A stretch of DNA of 64,000 nt from an uncultured Acidobacteriota bacterium (GCA_963828465.1 CAWHEU010000024.1:1-64000), one strand, 5' to 3'. Positions 9,493 through 19,172 are shown, counted from the first letter of the stretch. Numbers and translations are program-made. The notes: generated by a model from the letters alone, not told the origin.

Positions 9493-11537
9493 TACTTCGC
9501 CAGCTCCTGAGCCTTGAGGACGATGCCCTCAGGCGTGGGGTAGAGCTCGTTCTCCAATGGTCCGGCGTACGGCATGATGGGGACGTCGGGAAGGGCGTAC
9601 CGACGCACCGGCGCGTCGAGCCATTCGAAGGTCTTGTCTGCGATCTGGGCCGCGAGTTCTGCGCCATATCCCGCGAACTCGTTGTCTTCGTAGACGATCA
9701 GAGCACGTGACGTCTTCTTGACGGACTCTTCGATGGTGGGCCAGTCGAGTGGCTTGAGGCTGCGCAAATCGATCACCTCGGGGCTGATGTCCAACTCCTC
9801 GAGCAATGACGCCGCCTCGACGGCGAAATGGGCCATCGCCCCGTAGGCGATGATCGTCAGGTCCTCGCCCTGATGGCGGATGGCCGCCCGGCCCAGGGGA
9901 ACTCGATGCTCGCCTGCCGGATACGGGCCCTTGGCGAGGCGGTAGAGCTTCTTCGGCTCGAGGAACATGACCGGGTCTGGGTCCTCGACAGCCGTGAAGA
10001 GCAGCCCCTTCACGTCTGCGGGAGTCGAAGGCACCACCACCTTCAGCCCGGGCACGTGGGCATAGAAAGACTCGATGGACTGAGAGTGGTAGAGCGCGCC
10101 GTGGATCCCGGCGCCGTATGGGGTGCGGACGACCATCGGCACGTTCCATTTCCCGTCGGATCGGAACGAGATCCGCGCCGCCTCCGATACCAACTGGTCG
10201 AAGGCAGGGTGGATGTAGTCGGCGAACTGGATCTCAGGGATCACCTTGAATCCGCTGACGGCCATGCCGATGGCGGCGCCGATGATCGATGACTCGGCGA
10301 TCGGGGTGTTGAAGCATCGGTCGGCTCCGAAGCGATCGGTCAGGTCCTGAGTCGCCTTGAAGACTCCGCCCTTGCGCCGGGCCACGTCCTCACCGAACAC
10401 GATCGCGTCCTCGTGGGCCTCGAGCACTTCGTGTAGGGCCATGTTGATCGCCGTGATGAGATTCACGGTCTCGCCGCCGGAGGCAACCTCAGGTTCGGTG
10501 ACCGGGGGACCTGGCTCGATGACCTTGGCATACACGCGGCTGGTCGGCTCGTCGGGGTTCGGGGCGGCCTCGGCGTTTTCGACCGCCCGGGCCAGAGCCT
10601 CGATCACTTCGTCGTCGATCCGCAACTCTTCGGCCTCTGTCAGGAGGCGGTTCTCGATGAGGTACTGACGGACCCTGGCCACCGGGTCTCGTTTGCGCCA
10701 GGTCTCAACCTCCTCCCGACTGCGGTACAGGGTGTCGTTGTCGTCGGAGGTGTGGGCGTAGTAGCGATAAGTCTCGGCTTCGATCAGGGTGGGTCCCTCC
10801 CCGGCCCTGGCCCGGCGAACCGCCTCCTGCATCACCTTGTAAACCCGAAGTGTCCGGTTGCCATCGACCTCGACACCGGGAAACCCGTAACTCTCCGCTC
10901 TCGCGGCGAGGCTTCCGGCGACCTGTTCTTCCTGTGGCACCGAGATGGCGTATCGGTTGTTCTCGATCACGAAGATCAAGGGCAGTTTGCGGATCCCAGC
11001 CCAGTTCATCGCCTCGTGCCAGTCGCCCTCAGACGTCGAGCCCTCGCCCCCGTACACCGCCACCACGGAGTCGTCACCCCGGTTGGCCACAGCCTGGGCG
11101 ATGCCTACCGCATGGGGGTACTGAGTGCCGATCACCGAGGACTGGGTCAGGACTCGGCGTTCCCGACTGGACCAGTGGCCAGGGAGCTGGCGACCCCCGG
11201 ACATCGGGTCGGTCTTCTTGGCGAACGCACCGAGGAAGATCTCCTCCGGCTCGAAACCCCAGGCCAGCGCCACACCCATGTCGCGGTAGTAGGGCAGAAC
11301 CCAGTCCTTCTCTTGGTCCAGTGCCAGCGCCGAGGCCACCTGGACGGCCTCGTGGCCCGAGGACCCGACCACGAAAGGAGCGCGGCCCTGACGCTGAAGG
11401 GCGAAGAGACGGTCGTCGATTCGCCGCGTCGTGAGCATCAGCCGGTACATCTCCACGACCTGCTCGTCGCTCAAGCCCAATTCCCCGTGGTGGAGATTCC
11501 GGTCGAAGTCCATGCCGTAGGTGCGGTGGCTCGTCAA
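9489..11537 (-). CDS. 2-oxoacid dehydrogenase E1, fused alpha-beta subunits (probably branched-chain)
   Basis: GEGSTSEG..ENN TPP motif, HTSDD, GEDV..GGVFKAT and HSQS motifs; coupled to Leu/Val dehydrogenase. Confidence 0.92.
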   Translation of the reverse strand: MTSHRTYGMDFDRNLHHGELGLSDEQVVEMYRLMLTTRRIDDRLFALQRQGRAPFVVGSSGHEAVQVASALALDQEKDWVLPYYRDMGVALAWGFEPEEIFLGAFAKKTDPMSGGRQLPGHWSSRERRVLTQSSVIGTQYPHAVGIAQAVANRGDDSVVAVYGGEGSTSEGDWHEAMNWAGIRKLPLIFVIENNRYAISVPQEEQVAGSLAARAESYGFPGVEVDGNRTLRVYKVMQEAVRRARAGEGPTLIEAETYRYYAHTSDDNDTLYRSREEVETWRKRDPVARVRQYLIENRLLTEAEELRIDDEVIEALARAVENAEAAPNPDEPTSRVYAKVIEPGPPVTEPEVASGGETVNLITAINMALHEVLEAHEDAIVFGEDVARRKGGVFKATQDLTDRFGADRCFNTPIAESSIIGAAIGMAVSGFKVIPEIQFADYIHPAFDQLVSEAARISFRSDGKWNVPMVVRTPYGAGIHGALYHSQSIESFYAHVPGLKVVVPSTPADVKGLLFTAVEDPDPVMFLEPKKLYRLAKGPYPAGEHRVPLGRAAIRHQGEDLTIIAYGAMAHFAVEAASLLEELDISPEVIDLRSLKPLDWPTIEESVKKTSRALIVYEDNEFAGYGAELAAQIADKTFEWLDAPVRRYALPDVPIMPYAGPLENELYPTPEGIVLKAQELAKY

Positions 11538-12616
11538 TTCGTGTCCTCTCCGCTGCGTCGGAAGCGGCGCAGGTCACCGATTGCCCTGATCCGGTCCTCG
11601 GCGACCATGACTGCCGCCTGATTCGGGTTGATCTGCTGATCCTTCGATGCGACGAGGATGGCCTTGGTCGCGTCGAAGATGGAATCGACACGGTGCATGG
11701 CTCGCATCTTCGAGTATCCGTGCAATTCGTCGTGGACATTGATCAGGCCGCCCGCGTTGACCACGAAATCCGGGGCATACAGGATGCCCCGATCCGCGAT
11801 GCGATCGGCGTCCTCGTCGGTGGCGAGTTGATTGTTGGCGCTGCCCACTATCGCCTGACAGTTGAGGCGGGGGATCGTCGAGTCGTTCAGCCCTCCTCCG
11901 AGAGCGCATGGCGAGTAGAAGTCACAGTCGACGGTGTAGATGTCATCGATGTCGACACTCTTCACCCCGTAGGTCTCTACCGCGTCCATGACCGCGCTTT
12001 CGCTCGCGTCGGCCACTATGACCTCGGCCCTGGCCTCGACCAGGAGCTGGACAAATGCCGATCCGACCTTGCCTACTCCCTGAACGGCGAACCTGCGCCC
12101 GGCCAGGTCGGTATCTCCCCAGATGAAGTCGGCCACTGCTCTGGCCGCAGCGAAGAGACCTCGTGAGGTGACGGGCGATGGGTCACCGGCGCCTCCCTCG
12201 GCCGGTGAGCTGCCCAGGGCCCAGCGGGTCTCACGGCGGATGATGTCTACATCGGTCGTGGTGGTGCCCACGTCCTCGGCAGTGATGTAACGCCCGCGGA
12301 GCGAGTCGACGATCCGTCCGTAGGCACGGAGGAGGCGCTCGGTCTTGTCGGTAGCCGGATCACCGATGATCACGGCCTTGCCGCCTCCCAGGTCGAGACC
12401 GGCGGCGGCGGCCTTGTAGGTCATCCCCTTGGCGAGACGGAGGACGTCGACCAGTGCGTCCTGTTCGGTCTGGTACGGAAAGAAACGGGTCCCGCCGAGG
12501 GCGGGACCCAAAGCCGTGGAGTGGATTGCGATTATGGCCCGAAGGCCCGATACGTTGTCGTAGCCGTAGATGATCTGCTCGTGACCTCCACGGGCAACCT
12601 CATCGAATACGACCAA
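11534..12616 (-). CDS. Leucine/valine (Glu/Leu/Phe/Val family) dehydrogenase
   Basis: HSTALGPALGGTR, GMTYK, GGGKAVI, AEDVGT and PDFVVNAGG motifs. Confidence 0.93.
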   Translation of the reverse strand: MVVFDEVARGGHEQIIYGYDNVSGLRAIIAIHSTALGPALGGTRFFPYQTEQDALVDVLRLAKGMTYKAAAAGLDLGGGKAVIIGDPATDKTERLLRAYGRIVDSLRGRYITAEDVGTTTTDVDIIRRETRWALGSSPAEGGAGDPSPVTSRGLFAAARAVADFIWGDTDLAGRRFAVQGVGKVGSAFVQLLVEARAEVIVADASESAVMDAVETYGVKSVDIDDIYTVDCDFYSPCALGGGLNDSTIPRLNCQAIVGSANNQLATDEDADRIADRGILYAPDFVVNAGGLINVHDELHGYSKMRAMHRVDSIFDATKAILVASKDQQINPNQAAVMVAEDRIRAIGDLRRFRRSGEDTN

Positions 12617-12751
12617 GTCCGGTCCTCCATTCTCGAGAGGCGGTTCTCACTCCGCGACCGATGTTACCTGGACGCCCCTGGCACGGCCCCGCGCCTTGCG
12701 GTGCTTGATAGGACTGGTGAACTTCGGGTAAACCCATGCCAGGATGTTGGT

Positions 12752-13489
12752 GTGACCAAGACCGCCCATCTTCGGGTTTACACGCCGGAGAGCACCGAGA
12801 ACGGTGACCCCGTGCCGGCGTTCGTCCGGGGTTATGGGCTGCTCTCCGAGACGGAGAGCGACGCCGACTGGGTGGTCGAGTGGAACGGGCAGCGAATGGT
12901 GTGCCCGCGAAATCTGCGTCTTCGTGTCCTCGAATCGACTGTCGCCTTCGCCAATGCGTTTCGGGGTCTCGGATCCGGCCTCATCCCCGAAGAGGCGGCG
13001 CAGGCCGCAGATAGCGAGCTTCGCCGGTATCACCAGGAGCATCCCGGTCATCGCTCCCACGTCCTCACGTCCGCATGGCACGTGCCGGTCCGCTGGTTCA
13101 CCGCCTTCCAGCCGGAGGACAAGGAGGTGTACGAGGTGGACGGCGCTCCCCGAATCCGGCTCCGGGTCGATCTGGCTGTGGGCCGGAAGCGGGTGGACCA
13201 TGCCCTGGGGGTGCTCCGTGGCCTCCAGGTCTTCCAGGGCCCAGCCGAGGAGCTTGCTCAGCTGTCGGACTGGATCGAGAGCTTTCCGATTGGATCGATG
13301 CTCGAGCTCGACTACTCGACGGTCTCCGACCTGTTCGCCCCACAAGAGCTGGTGTTCGACGACTCGGTGGAGCTGGTGCGGCGCTCGATCGAGGCCCTCG
13401 CCGACGGGGACATGATGGCCGCCGGCGAGAACTACGGTCGGGTCGTCTCCCGGTGGGCCCCCGCCTTCTCGGTCACTTTCAGCAGCTGA
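12752..13489 (+). CDS. Conserved actinobacterial hypothetical protein
   Basis: LRVY, CP, WHVPVRWF and LELDY motifs recall the actinobacterial protein usually found next to valine dehydrogenase; start approximate. Confidence 0.7.
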   Translation: MTKTAHLRVYTPESTENGDPVPAFVRGYGLLSETESDADWVVEWNGQRMVCPRNLRLRVLESTVAFANAFRGLGSGLIPEEAAQAADSELRRYHQEHPGHRSHVLTSAWHVPVRWFTAFQPEDKEVYEVDGAPRIRLRVDLAVGRKRVDHALGVLRGLQVFQGPAEELAQLSDWIESFPIGSMLELDYSTVSDLFAPQELVFDDSVELVRRSIEALADGDMMAAGENYGRVVSRWAPAFSVTFSS

Positions 13490-13529
13490 ACCGGGTCGGG
13501 AATAAATCGGGTCCGCATACGTTGTGGAT

Positions 13530-13547
13530 TTGTGAACAGAATCACAA
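13530..13547. promoter_or_regulatory. Candidate CRP/GlxR-type binding site
   Basis: TTGTGA-ACAGAA-TCACAA, a perfect TGTGA-N6-TCACA in intergenic DNA. Confidence 0.6.
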
Positions 13548-13567
13548 GCTGTTCCCCTCCTCCAAAC

Positions 13568-13648
13568 TTTGCGAGGGCCAGTGGAGCCAGTTTCCGCTAC
13601 TCCCAGCGGACTCCTTCTCCTCCTCAAACGCTCCACTGGCCTCGCAAA
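13568..13648. ncRNA. Candidate structured RNA (long hairpin)
   Basis: 19-bp stem 13568-13587 / 13630-13648 with one bulge, enclosing an inner TCCGCT/AGCGGA hairpin and a CU-rich loop. Confidence 0.4.
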
Positions 13649-13709
13649 CCGTGACGATGACGCTTCCGGTATTGACCCGTGTCGGGAAACGCCTACCATC
13701 GTTCCCGAC

Positions 13710-13775
13710 ATGACTTGCCCCACGAGCCCGACCCGCTGCTGCGCTTGTAGCTGTGCGGCCGTGCCGTGTGGGTAG
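13710..13775 (+). CDS. Putative Cys-rich leader peptide MTCPTSPTRCCACSCAAVPCG
   Basis: 6 Cys in 21 codons; preceded by TTGACC-N16-TACCAT and followed by a terminator-like hairpin; upstream of sulfur-relay genes. Confidence 0.55.
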   Translation: MTCPTSPTRCCACSCAAVPCG

Positions 13776-13808
13776 CGATGTCCTGAGTCAGCAAGAGACA
13801 GACACTCG

Positions 13809-13846
13809 AAGCCCGCACCGGCACCGGATGCGGGCCTTTGTTATTC
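13809..13846 (+). terminator. Intrinsic terminator/attenuator in the tusA leader
   Basis: GCCCGCA-CCGG..CCGG-A-TGCGGGC stem followed by CTTTGTTATT. Confidence 0.65.
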
Positions 13847-13880
13847 ACGGGCCCCTCCGGACCACAGAAGGAGAAAGCCC

Positions 13881-14147
13881 ATGACCAGCCAGTACGCCAA
13901 GGTGACTGACGAACGCGTCGATGTTGAGCTCGACTGTTCGGGGGTGCTCTGCCCCTTACCGGTTTATCGGGCCTCGTTGGCTCTCGGCCAGATGTCGCCC
14001 GGACAGGTGCTCAAGTTGATCACGACCGACCCCGGGGCGCTGGAGGATATCCCGGCCCTGGCCAGGCAGACCGGCAACGTCTTGCTCGGTGTCGAACGTG
14101 AGGAGACCCGTCAGTTGTTCTGGATCGAGAAGGCGGTGCGGCCATGA
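13881..14147 (+). CDS. tusA: TusA family sulfurtransferase
   Basis: LDCSGVLCPLP and TTDPG motifs; RBS GAAGGAG. Confidence 0.88.
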   Translation: MTSQYAKVTDERVDVELDCSGVLCPLPVYRASLALGQMSPGQVLKLITTDPGALEDIPALARQTGNVLLGVEREETRQLFWIEKAVRP

Positions 14148-14656
14148 CCGACACACTCAGGCAGCCCGCTACCGAAGATCGACAGGAGGAGCGCCGGCGC
14201 CGGATCGCCCTGGTCGCCTCGAAAGGGACGCTCGACCAGGCCTACCCGCCTCTCATCCTGGCCACGACGGCGGCGAGCCTCGGATGGGAGGCAGGGGTCT
14301 ACTTCACCTTCTACGGCCTCGACATCATCCACAACGACCGACTGGAGAGCCTGAAGGTGGCGTCGCTGGCCAACCCGGCCGGGCCGATCCAGCTCCCCAA
14401 CCTGCTCGGCGCACTTCCCGGTGCGACGGCTGCCGCCACCAAGATCATGAAGAAATGGATGAGCGACGCCCGGATGCCCACGGTCCCCGAATTCATCGAG
14501 ATGGCTCAGGGCCTCGATGTCCGATTCTTCGCCTGCTCGACGACGATGGGAGTCATGGGCGTGGAGGAGGGCGACCTGATCAAGGGGTGTGAGATCGCTG
14601 GCGCGGCCGCATTCCTCGACTTCGCCGCCGACGCCGACGTCCAACTATTCGTCTGA
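14144..14656 (+). CDS. DsrE/DsrF/DrsH-like family protein
   Basis: SKGTLD..YPPLILA, FTFYGL, ACSTTM and GAAAFL motifs. Confidence 0.88.
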   Translation: MTDTLRQPATEDRQEERRRRIALVASKGTLDQAYPPLILATTAASLGWEAGVYFTFYGLDIIHNDRLESLKVASLANPAGPIQLPNLLGALPGATAAATKIMKKWMSDARMPTVPEFIEMAQGLDVRFFACSTTMGVMGVEEGDLIKGCEIAGAAAFLDFAADADVQLFV

Positions 14657-14661
14657 CCTGG

Positions 14662-16401
14662 TCAGCCGGCCAGTGAGGCGGTCTGCTCGGTCATTGGGAG
14701 GCTGAGCTCGAAGCGCGTCCAGCCGCCCCGACGCCGGTAAACGAGGTCCCCACCCATCATCCGCGCCAACTGTCTGGCGACTGCGAGGCCGAGGCCGACC
14801 GAGTCCGGTCTGGCGTCCGACGGCGTCTGCGAGCGGTAATACGGGTCGAAGATGTGCTCGGCGTCGATGCCCTTTACCCCCGGGCCGTCGTCACTGACCA
14901 CCAGCGATGCCACGTTCCGCTGGTTGGACACCTCGACCCGCACACTGTTGCCTCCGTAGCGATGGGCGTTGGTGAGCAGATTCCGGACGATCTGCCTGGT
15001 TCGCAACGTGTCGGCCCATGCCGTCGACGGGTCCCCGACAATCGCGACGTCGAGGTCCACTCCGAGCGACTCGACGATAGACCGGCATTCGTCGAGGAGA
15101 TCGATTGACCGCGGGCTGATGGTCAGGTTGCCCGATGCCGCTCTTTCGGCGGTGAGAAGGTCGTCCACCAGGTGGGCGACTTCCTGGCTCTGGCTCGAGA
15201 TGAGCACGACCATCTCGGCGATCTCCTCGCGTGAGTAGCCGTCGAGGCTGTCGGCCAACTCACCTGAGAACCCGACGACCGCGGCCAGAGGGGTGCGCAG
15301 CTCGTGGCTCACGGTGGCGATGAATCGGTCTTTGGCCTCGGCCAACTCCTCCAGACCCTCACGCGCCGACTCCCGCTCCCAATACGCGCCCACCATGTCC
15401 GCCGCCCTCATCAACCCCTCGACCTCGACATCGGTCCAGACATCGTCCCGCCAGAAATCGGAGTAGCCCAGCGTCCCCACCCACTGATCCCGGATCATGA
15501 TCGGGGCCATCAGCTCCGAGCGAATGCCCTCCGCCTCATATCGGGCCCGCACCGGCATCGGCAGGTCGCTGACCCGGATCCGGGCTGGCCGGCCTGCGGA
15601 GAGGACCTCGATGATGTCCGGAAACTGGCTGTAGTCGCCCTCGTCGAAGGAGTCCGGCCCCGGAGGGACGTTGTTACCTAGTGCCTCCGCCACGATCTCC
15701 CAAGTCACGTTGCCGTCCTTGGAGACCCGATTGATGTCGATGTAGGCATAGTCCGCTTCGGTGGCGTCGAGAAGGGCGCGCAGCGCGGCGGTCAGCGGCT
15801 GCTCATCACGACCGGTGAGAAGCGCCTGGGAACAGGTCGCCAGCGCCTTTTGGATGCGCGCCGTGTTGGCCTGATGCTCCGAGGCGTCCGCCAGCGACTG
15901 GATCAGCTGCCAGGTGATCCAAATGACCAACGCCTGCCCCGGGATACCGATCATCAGCCGGGCGAACACGACGGAGGCCGGGGGTCGATCGAGGATGAGG
16001 GAGGCAATGGTGAAGGCGGCCGTCAGGCCCGAGACGAGGACGAGTGGCGCCACCGACTTTCCCTGACGGGTGGCCACGTAGACCACCGATATGAGGATCA
16101 GGCAGGCCAGGGTGTAACCGCTGTCGAACCCGGGGGTTCTCCATGAATCGGTCAGGCTGAGCGCGCATAGCGTCAGTGCGGCCGTTGCAACCACCACCTC
16201 GATGCGCCGATGACGAGTCAACTGATAGGCGGCGGTGAGCCCGACGACGGCGTATGCGGCAAGGCGGTATCCCGCACCAGGCGCGGCGACGGACCATGTT
16301 CCGTACTCGGCGACGATGCCCAAGACGGTGGCTACGACGACGGCCAGCAGCACCGCGACACGAAAGCGCGGCGTAATGACCGGCCTGTTGGTCGGTGCCA
16401 T
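14662..16401 (-). CDS. Membrane GAF-domain sensor histidine kinase
   Basis: N-terminal TM helices, GAF-like region, SHELRTPL H-box, NLLTNA, DDGPG and GLGL. Confidence 0.92.
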   Translation of the reverse strand: MAPTNRPVITPRFRVAVLLAVVVATVLGIVAEYGTWSVAAPGAGYRLAAYAVVGLTAAYQLTRHRRIEVVVATAALTLCALSLTDSWRTPGFDSGYTLACLILISVVYVATRQGKSVAPLVLVSGLTAAFTIASLILDRPPASVVFARLMIGIPGQALVIWITWQLIQSLADASEHQANTARIQKALATCSQALLTGRDEQPLTAALRALLDATEADYAYIDINRVSKDGNVTWEIVAEALGNNVPPGPDSFDEGDYSQFPDIIEVLSAGRPARIRVSDLPMPVRARYEAEGIRSELMAPIMIRDQWVGTLGYSDFWRDDVWTDVEVEGLMRAADMVGAYWERESAREGLEELAEAKDRFIATVSHELRTPLAAVVGFSGELADSLDGYSREEIAEMVVLISSQSQEVAHLVDDLLTAERAASGNLTISPRSIDLLDECRSIVESLGVDLDVAIVGDPSTAWADTLRTRQIVRNLLTNAHRYGGNSVRVEVSNQRNVASLVVSDDGPGVKGIDAEHIFDPYYRSQTPSDARPDSVGLGLAVARQLARMMGGDLVYRRRGGWTRFELSLPMTEQTASLAG

Positions 16402-16447
16402 GGCTGACTATCGACAGAATGCGCCTTCGGGTGAAGGCGCCGTCGGG

Positions 16448-16825
16448 TCATTCCCCCCGGTAGGCGACGCAGTCGATCTCGACGGCTCCCCCGAGAGCGA
16501 GATCGACACCGCCAACAGTGATCCTCGCCGGAGGCGAGTCACCGATTGCCTCCATGTACGCCTCGTTCATCAACTGGAAGTCGGCCATGTCTGATAGGTA
16601 CACGTTCATCTTGACGACGTTGCCCAGCCCGACGCCTGCCGCCTCGAGGATCCGCTCGATGTTTCGGATGGTCTGGGTGGTCTGAGGGCCGACGCCTCCC
16701 TCGACCAACTCCGTGCCATCGCCCACGGTCCCCAGACTCCCCGCCACGTGGACGAAGTCGCCCGCGATGACGGCATGGCTGAATGAGGGAACACGGGCGA
16801 GCCCCTCGACGACGACCTTCTCCAT
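16448..16825 (-). CDS. RidA family protein
   Basis: FSHAV, MNEAY, PPARITV and VEIDCVA motifs; ATG at 16825. Confidence 0.9.
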   Translation of the reverse strand: MEKVVVEGLARVPSFSHAVIAGDFVHVAGSLGTVGDGTELVEGGVGPQTTQTIRNIERILEAAGVGLGNVVKMNVYLSDMADFQLMNEAYMEAIGDSPPARITVGGVDLALGGAVEIDCVAYRGE

Positions 16826-16874
16826 CTCATGACCTCCAGACCAATAGAGTCGCTGTCCTGCGAGGAGGAAGGTA

Positions 16875-17891
16875 GTGAGCGGCGATCGCCCGACCGGATG
16901 GGGCGGGGACCCTGTCCAGACGCCGCATCTCGAGGATGTGAGAGAGGCGGCAGAGCGGATCGAGGGCCTCGTGGTGCGAACTCCCCTCATGCCAATGCAC
17001 AGCTACGAGGCTGCCTCCGATATCTACCTGAAGCCCGAAGTCCTTCAGCCGGTGGGATCGTTCAAGATCCGGGGTGTCGGCAACTGGGCGTTGAGCCTCA
17101 CCGAGGAGGAGAGACGGCGCGGGATCGCCACCACCAGCGCAGGGAACACGGCCATGGCATTGGGGTACATGGGCCGGATTCTCGATGTGCCGGCGCGCTC
17201 CCATGTCCCCGACTCCCTCCACCAGTCGAAACTGGAATCCCTTGCCGCCTACGGGGTGGATCTGGTCCACGTCTCGATGACGGATCTGATGCGATTCATG
17301 TTCGAGGAGGAATGGCGGGAGGAGCCCCACAGCTATCTCAACCCCTGGGGTGAACCGCTGATGATCGCCGGTCACGGAACCATCGGAATCGAGATCTTCG
17401 AGGACCTACCCGAACTCGAGTCTGTCTTCGTCCCGGTCGGTGGAGGCGCCCTGCTCGGTGGCGTGGCCTCGGTGTTGAAGACGCTCAAACCGTCCATCCG
17501 GGTCTACGCGGTGCAAGCTCGGATCAACTCGGCGCTCGCCGCTGCGTTCGAATCTGGAGGGCCGAGATGGATCGAGTGGCAGGACACCATCGTCGAAGGC
17601 GCCTCCACCCCTGTCATCACCGACGAGATGTTCCCGATGCTTCGCCGCCTGGTCGACCACCTCGTCCTGGTCGGAGAGGACGAGGTGATGGCGGCGATGA
17701 GGGTGCTCGCAATGGGCGACAAACTGGTCACCGAGGGAGCGGGTGCAGCTTCCGTCGCCGCCGCACTGGCGACGCCGGCGAAGGAGCGTGGCCTCAGCGT
17801 CTGCATCGTGAGTGGAGGAAGCGTCGATCGATCGCTGTTGGCCAGGGTGGTGGGTGAAACGGGGCGGAGCCCCATCGGTAGCCTTGGCTGA
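16875..17891 (+). CDS. PLP-dependent threonine/serine dehydratase family protein
   Basis: LKPEVLQPVGSFKIRG, SAGN, VPVGGGALL and SGGSVD motifs; divergent from ridA. Confidence 0.88.
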   Translation: MSGDRPTGWGGDPVQTPHLEDVREAAERIEGLVVRTPLMPMHSYEAASDIYLKPEVLQPVGSFKIRGVGNWALSLTEEERRRGIATTSAGNTAMALGYMGRILDVPARSHVPDSLHQSKLESLAAYGVDLVHVSMTDLMRFMFEEEWREEPHSYLNPWGEPLMIAGHGTIGIEIFEDLPELESVFVPVGGGALLGGVASVLKTLKPSIRVYAVQARINSALAAAFESGGPRWIEWQDTIVEGASTPVITDEMFPMLRRLVDHLVLVGEDEVMAAMRVLAMGDKLVTEGAGAASVAAALATPAKERGLSVCIVSGGSVDRSLLARVVGETGRSPIGSLG

Positions 17892-19129
17892 TGTACCGGC
17901 TGACCGCCGGCCGCGGCCGCTCTCATCTTCTCGCGGCCTGCACGGGTGATTCGGGCACGACGTCGACGGTCGTCGAGCAGACAACTGCGCCAGAGGCAAC
18001 CGAGCCTCTACCCGCCGACGTGTCGGAACTTCCCGGTCGCCTCGTGGTCGTGGACGACGACGGCAACATCGTCACGATGGAGCCCGATGGCACTGACTCG
18101 GCCAACATCACCGAGGACGGCGGTCAGGCAGCCGGCTATCGGCAGCCGGCCTTCTCCCCGGTTTCCGACACTGTTGTCTGGTCGGAGATCAATGCTGAGG
18201 GATCAGGCTTGGGTTCCAGTGACGGGCAGGGCGAGAACCGAATCTCAATACCGATGGCTGCCCCTCCGTTCTATATGTTCTGGTCACCCGACGGCAACGG
18301 GATCGGTGTTTTGCACAACAGTGCCGCCGGAGCGATCGAGTTCGAGGTCGTCGACGTTGGCGCGACCTCATCCGAGGTGCTGGCAGAGGGTTCCTCGTTC
18401 TACTTCTCGTGGAGCCCGGACAGCAGCCAGGTCGCCGCTCATGCCCGGCCGGAGTTCTTCGGCACTATCGGCCTCGATGGCGAGAGCTCCGACCTGGGGG
18501 CCACCGCCCCGGGCTACCAGGCGCCGCATTGGATCCCGGCGGGGATCCTCCACCTCGCCGAAGCGGGGCTCGAGCTGCGCCAGACCGGCGGCGAATCACG
18601 TTTGCTTGCCACTGCTCCAGGACCGGTCGCATTCGTGGCCAACCGCCAAGGCACCAGTGTGGCAATTCAGTCATTCGTCGAGGAAGAGACACCCCCTGGG
18701 GTGAACGCCGCTATCACCGAGACGCCGGCGATTCCCTCGAACACAGTCGTTGTCATAGACGTCGACAGCGGAGAGATGACCGAGGTGGTGGCTGCCGCCT
18801 CCTTGGGTCTGTTTTGGAGCCCGGACGGGGAATCACTCCTGGTCCTGATCCCTGACGAGGGCGGCGCTGCTGAGCTGACCACGACCGTCTGGCGGGCCGG
18901 TGAGACGACCGAGCTTTCGACTATGTCGCCAAATCCGACCTTCGTCGCCGATGTGCTCCGGTTCTTCGACCAGTACGGCCAGTCACTTCAGCTGTGGTCT
19001 CCCGATTCGGCGGCATTCGCCCTGCCAGGCGCAATCGACGACGACCCGGGCATCTGGGTCCACCTCGTGGCCGGTGGCGACCCGGTCAAGGTCCACGACG
19101 GCTCCTGGGTGTCCTGGTCAGCCGCCTGA
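17891..19129 (+). CDS. Putative lipoprotein with TolB-like beta-propeller repeats
   Basis: LAAC lipobox and repeated WSPD motifs; the signal h-region looks locally frame-disturbed. Confidence 0.7.
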   Translation: MYRLTAGRGRSHLLAACTGDSGTTSTVVEQTTAPEATEPLPADVSELPGRLVVVDDDGNIVTMEPDGTDSANITEDGGQAAGYRQPAFSPVSDTVVWSEINAEGSGLGSSDGQGENRISIPMAAPPFYMFWSPDGNGIGVLHNSAAGAIEFEVVDVGATSSEVLAEGSSFYFSWSPDSSQVAAHARPEFFGTIGLDGESSDLGATAPGYQAPHWIPAGILHLAEAGLELRQTGGESRLLATAPGPVAFVANRQGTSVAIQSFVEEETPPGVNAAITETPAIPSNTVVVIDVDSGEMTEVVAAASLGLFWSPDGESLLVLIPDEGGAAELTTTVWRAGETTELSTMSPNPTFVADVLRFFDQYGQSLQLWSPDSAAFALPGAIDDDPGIWVHLVAGGDPVKVHDGSWVSWSAA

Positions 19130-19172
19130 AGATTGGGATGAACTCGAGGCAAGGATGGCTCGTGACGACCGA

